A DNA stretch of 64,000 nucleotides. Origin: an uncultured Lachnospiraceae bacterium. Its GTDB lineage: Bacteria; Bacillota; Clostridia; Lachnospirales; Lachnospiraceae. The first letter of the stretch is position 1. Each line of letters opens with the position of its first letter. The stretch lies in the NCBI GenBank assembly GCA_902774125.1, contig CACYHD010000001.1:2058-66057 (forward strand), given 5' to 3'. Below are positions 1 to 9,713 of the stretch, piece by piece. Both the position numbers and the translations under genes were made by a program. The notes under the pieces are model-generated. The model did not search any database. It had not been told where the DNA came from and worked only from the letters and a program-made list of their open reading frames with translations.

Positions 1-2397
1 CATAAAACTTACTTCTATTTCAGGTTCAATTTCACTTCCCGTGTAAGAAGCAAGATAGTCAAAATCCAAATCAAAGCGTGTTGCATCTATAACCTTAGAT
101 ATAACACCTAGTTCATAAACCTGGAATCCATATCCACCTGCCACTGCGTTAGAAAACGCCCACTTAACATAGCGCACCTTTTCTATAGTGCATTCGGATG
201 TATCAACCTTGCCACTTTGTAATGCACTAGAACCATTGATTGTAGCTACTTGCTGGAACTCCTCATTATCCTGTGAAAATGATACAACAGTGTTTCTAGG
301 ATATCTTCCTGCAACATAAAGTGCCACTACTCTATCCATATCTTCTAGTTCGTAATCAGCTCCGAGATCAATTACAATCTCTGCTGTAGTTTCTGCCTGT
401 GCTGTTCCGAAAAACTTTTTAAGATCTCCATCTGTCGCTCCATTTTCCGCATAGTCTGTTCCTGTACGGTATGATGAGCTAGTGTAGTCTTTGTTAGTTG
501 CAATATTTCTGCGATTGAGTAGAAGATTTTGAACTGAGGCTACATTAACCTCCTTGCTAACTTTATCAGATACTAATCCTTCAGAATATGACATTACGCT
601 AACTGTGTGAGTTCCTTCATCTAAGTCAGTTATAACATATTCATTGTTAGGCGCTATCATTCCGTACATTGCTCCGTCAATGAATGCATAATATATATAA
701 GTTATGTCAGCGTTTTGTGCGCCTTCAAAACTAAATTCTAACTGTCCATAATCACTTGATTGAACTGTGACAGACTTTGGTGCATCGCAGTTTCCTATCT
801 CTGTTGTTTTAACCTCGTCTACATGAGTTATACCATTAGTCAAAACAGCAAATCCTTGAACCTGCATTCCGTAAGCACTCAAGTCTGTTGTGTTAAGTAT
901 TCGTACATATCTAACATATGGCATACTTACATATTGATTATTATCAAGATCCATTTCATCCAAAAAGATGCAATTAGCACTACCTGTAGCCTTTGTTACA
1001 GTTGCAACATCCACATAATCAATTCCGTTAACCGAATACTGAATTGTGTAGCCTTTTGTTGGGCTAGTTCCAGCTGTCTTATACTGAACAGCTATGCGGT
1101 CAACTGCTTCACTATCATAATAGTTACCCAAGTCAACCTCAACCCATGAATTGTCTTTACTTCCACGATTAATTTCTACAATAGTATCCTTGCTGTTAAC
1201 TAGCGAAAAAGCAGCTTCAGAAGTGATAGAATTCAAGTCCAATCCTCCATCAGTTGTTGTCTGCTTAGATACTGATATGTTTTTGCCCAGGGCAAAATTA
1301 TAATCAGCATTCATAATCTCATCTAGCAAATCTCCTCTTAATTCGCTATCCTTTTTGATTACTGACGATGTAGAATCGGCCTTGACAACCCCTAGAGAGT
1401 TACCATTCATTAATGCTTCTACCTCTTCCTTGGTGGACAGGTTAAAATCTCCTGGAATAGAGTGCTTGAGCACTGATGCTGCCACTGCAAAATCAACAAC
1501 ATCTTGAGTAGTCTTGCCTTCTAGAATTGAATAAATAATTCCGGCTGCAAAAGCATCTCCCCCACCCACTCTATCTATCATAGGATTCATACGATATCGA
1601 GGTGACTTATATAGTTTTTGACCATCGTATATCAAACCGCCCAACTCATTGTCAGATGCGGTAAAACTGCGTCTCATACTGCATGCAACATACTTGAATC
1701 CATATTGTTCAACCATTTCTTCAAACATCTGCTTGTAAGCTTCCAAGTTAGGCGTATCATCATCATTGTGTTTGCTAAGTTTGAAGCCTAGCATCTTCAT
1801 AGCATCTTCTCTACCACCTATACATACATCAACATATTTCATTATCTCAGGCATAACCGCTCTGGCTTGTTCTACAGTCCATAGTTTGGCCCGGTAGTTG
1901 AGATCACAGCTTACGGTTAGACCCTTGTTGTGTGCAACCTTAACTGCCTCAAGAGTTACCTGAGCAGCCTGCTGACTTATAGCTGGTGTTATTCCTGATA
2001 TATGAAGCCAATCCGCATCAAGAAAAACATCATCCCAATTCCAATCATCAAAACTAGCTTGGCTCATAGAAGAACCCGCTCTGTCATAAACAACTTGAGA
2101 GGATCTCTGAGCTGCTCCTTGTTCCAAATAATAAATTCCAACTCGCTGGCCACCCCAAGCAATGGCACTAGTATCTACGCCGTACTTTCTAACTGCCGAC
2201 TGAGCCGCACGACCGATAGGATTGTCAGGGAGTTTTGTGACAAACTTGGCATCCATTCCAAAACAAGCCAGAGACACAGCCACATTGGCTTCGCTGCCTC
2301 CATAGCATGCATTGTACTTGTCAGCCTGTATGAATCTTTCATTATTAATGGTAGATAATCTCATCATTATCTCGCCCATTGTGACAATTTTTTTCAT
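1..2397 (-). CDS. kdgK: 2-keto-3-deoxygluconate kinase (PfkB family, about 336 aa) continuing in frame into F5/8 type C (discoidin/CBM32-like) and FN3-like domains; runs off the left edge
   Basis: Manual translation (absent from ORF track): MKKIVTMGEIMMRLS...GGSEANVA...DRVGGGDAFAAG...KHSIPGDFN...EEVEALMNGNSLGVVKADSTSS...NFALGK...SWVEVDLG...VRYVR. AGGAG RBS upstream of ATG 2397. No in-frame stop seen in the stretches translated, including the junction near 1390. Confidence 0.85.
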   Translation of the reverse strand, partial: MKKIVTMGEIMMRLSTINNERFIQADKYNACYGGSEANVAVSLACFGMDAKFVTKLPDNPIGRAAQSAVRKYGVDTSAIAWGGQRVGIYYLEQGAAQRSSQVVYDRAGSSMSQASFDDWNWDDVFLDADWLHISGITPAISQQAAQVTLEAVKVAHNKGLTVSCDLNYRAKLWTVEQARAVMPEIMKYVDVCIGGREDAMKMLGFKLSKHNDDDTPNLEAYKQMFEEMVEQYGFKYVACSMRRSFTASDNELGGLIYDGQKLYKSPRYRMNPMIDRVGGGDAFAAGIIYSILEGKTTQDVVDFAVAASVLKHSIPGDFNLSTKEEVEALMNGNSLGVVKADSTSSVIKKDSELRGDLLDEIMNADYNFALGKNISVSKQTTTDGGLDLNSITSEAAFSLVNSKDTIVEINRGSKDNSWVEVDLGNYYDSEAVDRIAVQYKTAGTSPTKGYTIQYSVNGIDYVDVATVTKATGSANCIFLDEMDLDNNQYVSMPYVRYVRILNTTDLSAYGMQVQGFAVLTNGITHVDEVKTTEIGNCDAPKSVTVQSSDYGQLEFSFEGAQNADITYIYYAFIDGAMYGMIAPNNEYVITDLDEGTHTVSVMSYSEGLVSDKVSKEVNVASVQNLLLNRRNIATNKDYTSSSYRTGTDYAENGATDGDLKKFFGTAQAETTAEIVIDLGADYELEDMDRVVALYVAGRYPRNTVVSFSQDNEEFQQVATINGSSALQSGKVDTSECTIEKVRYVKWAFSNAVAGGYGFQVYELGVISKVIDATRFDLDFDYLASYTGSEIEPEIEVSFM

Positions 2398-2405
2398 GAT
2401 GACTC

Positions 2406-3038
2406 CTATCTAAGTTCTGCAACAATCTGTGATGCTTCGTGGGCCAATTGTGCAATCTGGTCCCACTCATTATCGTTAATCATTGATGGCTTCACCATCC
2501 AACTTCCACCACATGCAATAATATAATCCTGTTCTAAGTATGATCCAACATTTGCGGCATTTAATCCGCCTGTTGGCATAAATCGAACCGTTCTATACGG
2601 CCCGTGAAGGGCCTTCAAAAAATCAATTCCTCCCACCTGTTCTGCTGGGAAAAATTTCATTACATCAATTCCTAATTGTAAGTTTCTCTCTATCTCACTT
2701 GGAGTCATTACTCCAGGAATAATATCTATGTTACGTGACAGGCAATGTTTAATTACATCTGTGTTAGATCCCGGGCTTACAATAAAATCAGCCCCGGCCT
2801 CTATGGCCTGATCTACCTGTTCAGTAGTAAGGACAGTTCCTGCTGCAATAATCATATCCGGTATGTTCTGTCTAAGCATTGAGATAGCGTCCTGCGCTGC
2901 ATCTGTGCGGAAGGTTATTTCGATACAGCGCAGTCCACCTTTAATCAGTGCGTTTGCTAACGGGACAATATCGGCACACTTATCCATAGCAACAACTGGT
3001 ATAATTCCACATTTTTTTATTTCTTCATAAACATTCAT
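2406..3038 (-). CDS. eda: KDPG/KHG aldolase
   Basis: EITFRT, GAGTV-like AAGTV, KFFPAEQVGG and FMPTGG motifs; operon context. Confidence 0.95.
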   Translation of the reverse strand: MNVYEEIKKCGIIPVVAMDKCADIVPLANALIKGGLRCIEITFRTDAAQDAISMLRQNIPDMIIAAGTVLTTEQVDQAIEAGADFIVSPGSNTDVIKHCLSRNIDIIPGVMTPSEIERNLQLGIDVMKFFPAEQVGGIDFLKALHGPYRTVRFMPTGGLNAANVGSYLEQDYIIACGGSWMVKPSMINDNEWDQIAQLAHEASQIVAELR

Positions 3039-3050
3039 TTTTATTCCTCT

Positions 3051-3890
3051 TTATACTCCTGAATATGCAGCGAATCCGCCATCCACAGGAATGACTACGC
3101 CGTTGACAAATCCTGACATTTCTTCATTACATAAATAATAAAGAGTTCCGATTAGCTCCTCTGCTTCGCCAAAACGCTCCATTGGTGTAGCGTTAATAAT
3201 CTTCTCTGTACGAGGAGTAGGATTACCGTTTTCATCGAACAATAGTTTTTCGTTTTGTTGCGTTACAAAAAAGCCAGGTGCAATTGCATTACATCTAATT
3301 CCAACCTTAGAAAAATGAACAGCCAACCACTGTGTGTAATTAGAAATAGCCGCCTTGGCTCCGCTGTATGCTGGAATCTTAGTTAGCGGTGTAAATGCAT
3401 TCATACTAGAAATATTAATAATGCAACAACCTTTTTTGCCTATCATATCCTTAGCAAAAACTTGTGTTGGAAGGAGGCTTCCCATGTAATTAAGGTTAAA
3501 AACAAACTCAACTCCCTCAGGCTCAAGATCGAAAAATGTTGTTCCATCATCATCAGTATTAAAGTACTCTGCATCTGTAGTTGCGCGAGGATTGTTTCCT
3601 CCTGCGCCGTTAATAAGAATGTCGCATGAGCCCATATCTTCTATTATCATATTATGAGCCTGCTCTATGCTCTTTTTTTCTAGAACGTTGCAATAATAAG
3701 CCTTGGCCACGCCTCCTTGGCTTGTAATGAATTCCGCCTTTTTTTGAGCAGCTTCCTGATTGATGTCTAGCATAGCAACCTTGGCACCTGCTAACGACAT
3801 AGCCTCTGCGAACATTCCACATAGAACGCCGCCTGCTCCTGTTATTACAACCGTCTTATTATCAAAATTAGTATTAAGTGGTAACTTCAT
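3051..3890 (-). CDS. uxuB: D-mannonate oxidoreductase (SDR family)
   Basis: TGAGGVLCG Rossmann motif, INGAGGN, YSGAK catalytic motif; between uxuA and eda; likely start MKLPLN at 3890. Confidence 0.85.
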   Translation of the reverse strand: MKLPLNTNFDNKTVVITGAGGVLCGMFAEAMSLAGAKVAMLDINQEAAQKKAEFITSQGGVAKAYYCNVLEKKSIEQAHNMIIEDMGSCDILINGAGGNNPRATTDAEYFNTDDDGTTFFDLEPEGVEFVFNLNYMGSLLPTQVFAKDMIGKKGCCIINISSMNAFTPLTKIPAYSGAKAAISNYTQWLAVHFSKVGIRCNAIAPGFFVTQQNEKLLFDENGNPTPRTEKIINATPMERFGEAEELIGTLYYLCNEEMSGFVNGVVIPVDGGFAAYSGV

Positions 3891-3892
3891 CT

Positions 3893-4954
3893 TTATTCCT
3901 TTCCACTGGCCTTGTCCAGCGCTTCCCAAATCCCGTTTATATATGTAGCACCTAGCGCTCTGTCATATAGACCATAGCCAGGCTTGCCTTTTTCGCCCCA
4001 TATCATTCGTCCGTGATCAGGTCTTACATAGCCGTCAAAACCATTTTCGTGATACGCTTTCATTATTTCATAAATATCAAGACTTCCACACTTGGACAAG
4101 TGAGCGCTCTCCTCAAACGAGCCGTCTCCCAAAATCTTTACGTTGCGCACATGAGCAAAACAAATTCTATTCATAGCACTATACTTGGCAACAAGCTTAG
4201 GTATATCATTTGCGCTAGTACATCCCAAACTTCCGCTGCAAAGAGTAAGTCCATGATGTGGATCGTCATACAAATCAAGGAAACGATCAATGTTAGCTTC
4301 ATTCGTTATAATTCTAGGTATACCGAAGATTTCCCATGGTGGATCATCCGGATGTATACCCATATAAACATCGCATTCCTTAGCTACAGGCATAATCTCA
4401 CGAATAAAATGCTCTAGATTTTTCCAAAGCCCTTCTTCCCCAAGTTCCTTGTAACTTGCTATAAGCGCCTCCATCTCCTCAGGACTATAGGAAGCATCCC
4501 ATCCTGGAAGAGTCATCTTTGTTGGATCCATCTGGTCTACATCTTCCTTGTAGTAAACCAAAGCATTAGAGCCATCCTCAAGAGGCTGATCTAATCTGGA
4601 GCGAGTCCAGTCAAAAACAGGCATAAAATTGTAGCAAATACATTTCACTCCACAAGCTGCAAGTCTTCTGATGTTCTCCTTGTAATTATCTATATATTCC
4701 TGACAACGGCCTCTGCCCAATTTAATATCCTCGTGGACAGGAACGCTCTCGATTACTTCCATTGTAAGACCATGATCTTCTATATCTTTTTTTAGATTCT
4801 GTATGCTCTCCATAGGCCATACATTACCGGGAGCCACATCATAAACCGCTGTAACCACTCCGTACATTCCAGGTATCTGCCTAATATAATCTAATGAAAT
4901 AGGATCATCCTTGCCGTACCATCTAAATGTCATTTTCATAAATGTTACCTCCAT
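3893..4954 (-). CDS. uxuA: mannonate dehydratase
   Basis: MKMTFRWYG, ESVPVHEDIK, CYNFMP, HPDDPP, RPDHGR and GYGLYDRALG motifs. Confidence 0.97.
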   Translation of the reverse strand: MEVTFMKMTFRWYGKDDPISLDYIRQIPGMYGVVTAVYDVAPGNVWPMESIQNLKKDIEDHGLTMEVIESVPVHEDIKLGRGRCQEYIDNYKENIRRLAACGVKCICYNFMPVFDWTRSRLDQPLEDGSNALVYYKEDVDQMDPTKMTLPGWDASYSPEEMEALIASYKELGEEGLWKNLEHFIREIMPVAKECDVYMGIHPDDPPWEIFGIPRIITNEANIDRFLDLYDDPHHGLTLCSGSLGCTSANDIPKLVAKYSAMNRICFAHVRNVKILGDGSFEESAHLSKCGSLDIYEIMKAYHENGFDGYVRPDHGRMIWGEKGKPGYGLYDRALGATYINGIWEALDKASGKE

Positions 4955-4998
4955 TTTAATAAGATAACGTTACTCAACTGTTCCGCTTCGCTTTATTC

Positions 4999-5012
4999 TG
5001 TAAGCGCTTACA
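4999..5012. promoter_or_regulatory. LacI/cre-type operator TGTAAGCGCTTACA
   Basis: Perfect 14-bp palindrome just downstream of a minus-strand TTGACA-17-TACATT promoter (5044-5016) for the uxuA operon. Confidence 0.8.
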
Positions 5013-5094
5013 TAAAATGTAACGCACATTTCCTTAAATGTCAACAAAAAAATGTAATTTACATTAATTTCTTACATTTTTTAAACATCTCGTA

Positions 5095-5144
5095 TTGTAA
5101 CATTCCTATAAATACGCTATAATCAGGATGTGTAAGCGTTTACA
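5095..5144 (+). promoter_or_regulatory. sigmaA promoter TTGTAA-17-TATAAT plus second operator TGTAAGCGTTTACA (5131-5144)
   Basis: -35 at 5095-5100, -10 at 5118-5123; near-identical operator copy downstream, before the LacI gene. Confidence 0.75.
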
Positions 5145-5183
5145 GTTATGTGAACATATTTTAGCAGAACGGAGTAATGAATA

Positions 5184-6182
5184 ATGAACATATATGATAT
5201 TTCACAAAAAGCCGGTGTTTCTATTGCTACAGTATCAAGAGTTATCAACAATTCTGACAAGGTTAGCGACAAAACCCGCAAAAGAGTCCTTCAAATAATG
5301 GAAGAGACTGGTTACACACCTAATGTTTTTGCCAGAGGTCTCACTAACAATTCAATCCACACTATCGGTCTTTTGTGTGTGGACTGCTCTGACCACTTTA
5401 TTGCTTCGGCAATTTCTTACTTAGAGCACGGTTTCAGGGACAATGGCTACGACTGCATTCTTTGTTGTACCGGTCCAGAGCTTGCTAACCGCCAAAAATA
5501 TCTCAAGCTCATCCTCTCAAAAAAGGTTGACGCTGTTGTTTTGGTTGGTTCATCTTTTATTCAGGAAGGCGATGGCGACGAGAACCAATATTTGCTAGAT
5601 GCAGCCAAAGAAGTTCCATTGTTTTCACTCAATGGTTTTCTAGATGGCGACAATATTTTTTGCACTCTATGTGATGACGAGGAGGCTGTATACAACGCCA
5701 CAACAAAGGTGCTTGCGGATGGTTTTAAAAAACCATTGTTCATATACCGCTCTCGCTCGTACACTGGTTTCCACAAGTTAAAAGGATTCCTCAAGGCTTG
5801 CAAAGAGCAGGGATTTAAAACTAACTCTTACTCTACTCTTCTTATGGATGAATCGATTGAAGATGGCATGCAAAAACTTATTAGCCACAGCAAGGAGTAT
5901 GACTTTGATTGTGTTATTGCAGGTGACGACGAGTTGGCTGTGTCAGCCCATAAATATGCCAAGTCCAAAAAAATGAATATACCTAAGGACTTTGCTATCA
6001 TCGGCTACAACAATTCCAAGGTAAGTATATGTTGCGACCCTGAATTATCCACTATGGACAACCAGTTAGAATTCGTGTGTAACAACACTGTTAGCAATGT
6101 TATGGATTGTTTTGGCGGTGCTAAGGTACCGAACAAAACTATCGTTTCTGCCAAATTTATTGAGAGAGGAACAACTAAGTAA
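5184..6182 (+). CDS. LacI-family transcriptional regulator of hexuronate genes
   Basis: N-terminal HTH IYDISQKAGVSIATVSRVIN, hinge YTPNVFARGL, IIGYNN in sugar-binding domain. Confidence 0.93.
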   Translation: MNIYDISQKAGVSIATVSRVINNSDKVSDKTRKRVLQIMEETGYTPNVFARGLTNNSIHTIGLLCVDCSDHFIASAISYLEHGFRDNGYDCILCCTGPELANRQKYLKLILSKKVDAVVLVGSSFIQEGDGDENQYLLDAAKEVPLFSLNGFLDGDNIFCTLCDDEEAVYNATTKVLADGFKKPLFIYRSRSYTGFHKLKGFLKACKEQGFKTNSYSTLLMDESIEDGMQKLISHSKEYDFDCVIAGDDELAVSAHKYAKSKKMNIPKDFAIIGYNNSKVSICCDPELSTMDNQLEFVCNNTVSNVMDCFGGAKVPNKTIVSAKFIERGTTK

Positions 6183-6193
6183 TTGGTGCTATT

Positions 6194-7591
6194 ATGAAAA
6201 AGTTTTTGGATAATGATTTTTTACTTAATAATGATGTGGCCGTGAAGTTATATAGGGACTATGCCCAAAACATGCCTATTATTGACTACCACTGCCATCT
6301 GGATCCTAAGGAAATTGCACAGAACAAAAAGTTCGAAACAATTACCGAGGCTTGGCTAGGTGGCGATCACTACAAGTGGCGTCTTATGCGTGCGTGCGGT
6401 GTGGAGGAAAAATATATTACAGGCTCTGCAGATGACAAGGACAAGTTTTTTAAATGGGCGGGTATTATGCCTAAGCTTATCGGCAATCCTATTTATCAAT
6501 GGGCGCATATGGAGCTTAGAAAATATTTTGGCTACGATGGAGTTCTATGTCCCGACACTGCTCAGGAAGTTTGGGATGTGTGTAATAGCAAACTCAAGTC
6601 CATGGGAGCACAAGATTTTATAACCGAATCTAATGTAAAAGTTATTTGCACTACTGATGACCCAATCGACAGCCTGGAGTATCACGACGCAATCAGACAG
6701 GAGGACTTGGGCTTCCAGGTACTCCCAACGTGGCGTCCTGATAAGATTCTCAACATTGATAGTGATGGTTTTTCAGATTATCTTACCAAGTTGGCTGATG
6801 TATGTCAGATGGATATTACGGATATTGACACACTCAAGAAAGCTTTAAAACTTCGCATGAATCACTTTGCTTCAATGGGATGTGTTATATCAGATCACAG
6901 TTTGGCATTTGTTATGTATCAGCCTGCAGATTCTGCAACAATCAATGATATATTGAATAAAAAAATCCAAGGTGATTGTCTAACTGACCTTGAGATTCTT
7001 CAATACAAAACAAGTATAATGATGTTTTTGGCCAAGGAATATTACGACAGAAACTGGACTATGCAATTACACTACGGCGTTATGCGTAACAACAACAGCA
7101 AGATGTTCGATCTTGTTGGGGTGGATGGTGGTTTTGACTGCATATGCGACCCTGCTCCGCTGGACTCATTAGCTAAGTTTTTGGACGCATTGAGCAGTGA
7201 TGACACGCTGCCCAAAACAATATTGTATTCTCTCTATGGCGAGGACAATACAGCTATAGATACTTTGATAGGATGTTTCCAGGAAGGTGAGGCATTGGGC
7301 AAGATTCAGCACGGGGCAGCTTGGTGGTTCAACGACAACAAGGACGGAATTATCAACCATATGAAATCTCTGGCCAGCCAGGGAGTGCTAGGTAACTTTA
7401 TTGGAATGCTAACAGATTCTAGAAGTTTTCTTTCCTACACAAGACACGAATACTTCCGTCGCATACTTTGCAACTTTTTAGGCGAGATGGTTGAGCAAGG
7501 AGAATATCCACAAGACTATAAGGCATTAGGTTCAATCGTCCAAGACATTTGTTTTGGCAACGCCAATAGGTACTTGGGATTCAATTTATAG
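6194..7591 (+). CDS. uxaC: uronate isomerase
   Basis: PIIDYHCHL, GDHYKWRLMR, WRPDK, QLHYG, GAAWWFND, DSRSFLSYTRHEYFRR. Confidence 0.97.
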   Translation: MKKFLDNDFLLNNDVAVKLYRDYAQNMPIIDYHCHLDPKEIAQNKKFETITEAWLGGDHYKWRLMRACGVEEKYITGSADDKDKFFKWAGIMPKLIGNPIYQWAHMELRKYFGYDGVLCPDTAQEVWDVCNSKLKSMGAQDFITESNVKVICTTDDPIDSLEYHDAIRQEDLGFQVLPTWRPDKILNIDSDGFSDYLTKLADVCQMDITDIDTLKKALKLRMNHFASMGCVISDHSLAFVMYQPADSATINDILNKKIQGDCLTDLEILQYKTSIMMFLAKEYYDRNWTMQLHYGVMRNNNSKMFDLVGVDGGFDCICDPAPLDSLAKFLDALSSDDTLPKTILYSLYGEDNTAIDTLIGCFQEGEALGKIQHGAAWWFNDNKDGIINHMKSLASQGVLGNFIGMLTDSRSFLSYTRHEYFRRILCNFLGEMVEQGEYPQDYKALGSIVQDICFGNANRYLGFNL

Positions 7592-7623
7592 TTACTTGGG
7601 ATTCAATATACAAAAAACATTTT

Positions 7624-7657
7624 AAAAGGGTAATCCATTAATTTGGATTACCCTTTT
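7624..7657. terminator. bidirectional intrinsic terminator
   Basis: AAAAGGGTAATCCA...TGGATTACCCTTTT inverted repeat between convergent genes. Confidence 0.85.
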
Positions 7658-7660
7658 GTT

Positions 7661-9478
7661 TTATTCTTTAATCTGACCGTTGCTGAATTTCATTATCTTG
7701 TAGGCATTGCCACCTTGTGTTGTAGCTTCGCCTAGATTGTTTATGATGTGAGATATCTCGCCCTGGCCATTAAGCTTAACTGTACAGATGTGATTAACCT
7801 TAACTCCCGGAGCTTTAGGTGCCTCCATAGCTGATGCTATCTTGACATCGGCATCGCGGTTGTAACAGTAAATTCCAAGACCTGTTCCCTCGAACTCTGT
7901 AACCTTGTCTGCCACCTTGAAGGAAGCCCATCCTTTTTTGCCGTTGCTGCTCATATATGACTTCTGATCAGGAGCATCGTATGGCATCTCGCTCTGGTAG
8001 AAGTAGCACTTGCCTTTGTTGCCGTTCCATATAGTTTGATATTCCTGGAAATGCTCTACAAACAATCCATACATTGTAACCTCATCGCCGTTAATAATAA
8101 CTCCGTTAGGTGCTGTATTGATGTCCCAGCCAACATTTGTTGAATGGTCAGCTCTCCAAACCCAAAGGTTATCTCCGATCACATTGTTGCTATTAACAGT
8201 AAGACAACTCTTAACCTTACCTGCCAAGTCACCACCGCCTACTCTAAAGTAAACGTCACTTAGAACGGTAGGATTCTTGGCATGTTTCTTATCTGTTTTC
8301 TTATCGCCCACTTGAAGCAAAGTTGGTGATTGTTTTTCGCCGGCATCAAGTAGAATGCCGCATACTTTTACTCCGTCGACATCGGCAATTTTGATACCAA
8401 CGCAGTCCTTATTCACTTCTAATGTAGCAAGTCCCATTCCGTAAATAATTGTATCAGGATTTTTGACCTCGATTGACTTGTCCAGCTTGTACACACCAGG
8501 TGTCAAAATAATGTTTTTGCCACTATCAAGGGCCTTGTTAATTGTGTCTGCTGTATCCTTGTCAGGGTCAGCTATATAGAAGTTTCCTAGTCCGTAGAAA
8601 GTTCCCTTAACGCCTGTTTGCCATGATACACCTTGTGAATCAGTTTCAGGTTCCTGAACCATAACGCCAAAACCATTTTTCTCATCGTAGCAAAGATATG
8701 GTTTTTCCTGAATGTATTCTGTTCTTGGTACCTTAGTATATGGCTGGTATGGCCACTGTCCCATAGGAATTGTGTTGGAGTTCACGCCAACGAAAACCAT
8801 GTTCCAAACACCGTTCTCGAAGTAGTTCCAATCATCGTTTCTGAAAAGGTACTGCTGCTGAGAGCCCGATGAAACTGTTCCATCAAACATCGAGTCAGCT
8901 ATAAAGCCGCCTGATGACCAGCCCTCGCCATCGCTTAGAACTGCTCCGTTAGACGAGTTGATCTTGCGCATTGAAACCGCCTGTGAGTTGGCCCACATGC
9001 AATATGCATCCATGCTGAAGTTCTCGGCGCTTCGCCAAAAATTACAAGTCGCATTGTGCATCATCCAGTTAGCGTCAACCCAAAGCTTATGAATGTTAGT
9101 CTCTGTCGGACTAATACCCAGTCCAAGCACCTGAGTGTAATAACCAACTCTCACATCAAGAGAATCATCATACTTGCCCGGCATAAACATCAGTGTATAG
9201 CGCTCTTTGCCGAACTGATTGGTCTCTTGCTTCTTATATATACTAGCTACTTTTTTGCTAATAGACTTAGGTGAATCTTTAGGTGTAAAAACATATGTGT
9301 TATCTCCAAAAACAGAAGAATCCTTAACAGCCTCACCTTTCATCTCGTACTTGATCTCGTTTTTTACAATACCGCTAGAATGCTTTTTGGCCTTGGACTG
9401 CTTGACCTCCTCAGAACCGCAAGCCACTAGCATAGCCACTGCCATCATACTAATCAACAAAACCGTAAATTTTCTCAT
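7661..9478 (-). CDS. lipoprotein, bacterial GH55-like exo-beta-1,3-glucanase
   Basis: Lipobox LVAC; QFGKERY-LMFMPGKY, NATCNFWRSAEN, WVWRADH, GLFVEHFQEYQ and FYQSEMPYD resemble bacterial GH55 motifs. Confidence 0.78.
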   Translation of the reverse strand: MRKFTVLLISMMAVAMLVACGSEEVKQSKAKKHSSGIVKNEIKYEMKGEAVKDSSVFGDNTYVFTPKDSPKSISKKVASIYKKQETNQFGKERYTLMFMPGKYDDSLDVRVGYYTQVLGLGISPTETNIHKLWVDANWMMHNATCNFWRSAENFSMDAYCMWANSQAVSMRKINSSNGAVLSDGEGWSSGGFIADSMFDGTVSSGSQQQYLFRNDDWNYFENGVWNMVFVGVNSNTIPMGQWPYQPYTKVPRTEYIQEKPYLCYDEKNGFGVMVQEPETDSQGVSWQTGVKGTFYGLGNFYIADPDKDTADTINKALDSGKNIILTPGVYKLDKSIEVKNPDTIIYGMGLATLEVNKDCVGIKIADVDGVKVCGILLDAGEKQSPTLLQVGDKKTDKKHAKNPTVLSDVYFRVGGGDLAGKVKSCLTVNSNNVIGDNLWVWRADHSTNVGWDINTAPNGVIINGDEVTMYGLFVEHFQEYQTIWNGNKGKCYFYQSEMPYDAPDQKSYMSSNGKKGWASFKVADKVTEFEGTGLGIYCYNRDADVKIASAMEAPKAPGVKVNHICTVKLNGQGEISHIINNLGEATTQGGNAYKIMKFSNGQIKE

Positions 9479-9713
9479 AGCAAACTCCTTTTTTTTAACT
9501 TTAATTTTTCACGATCTAATCATCTACTTAATTATAACAAGCCAGCCTCACAATTAGTAGTAGCAAAAATAATATGTTCGGGGCGATATATTTGATTTTT
9601 TTGTGCGTATATAACAAAAGAAGCAGCTATAATTTGTTATTATAGCCACCCCTTTCGTACGGTTAAGTTATGAAACAATAATTGAAAGGATTGTCGATTA
9701 TTATAAAGTACTT

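Noticed and set aside
7571-7607. 15-bp direct repeat TACTTGGGATTCAAT at the uxaC stop
   Set aside because: Only two copies 22 nt apart; a local micro-duplication with no IS ends or array structure.
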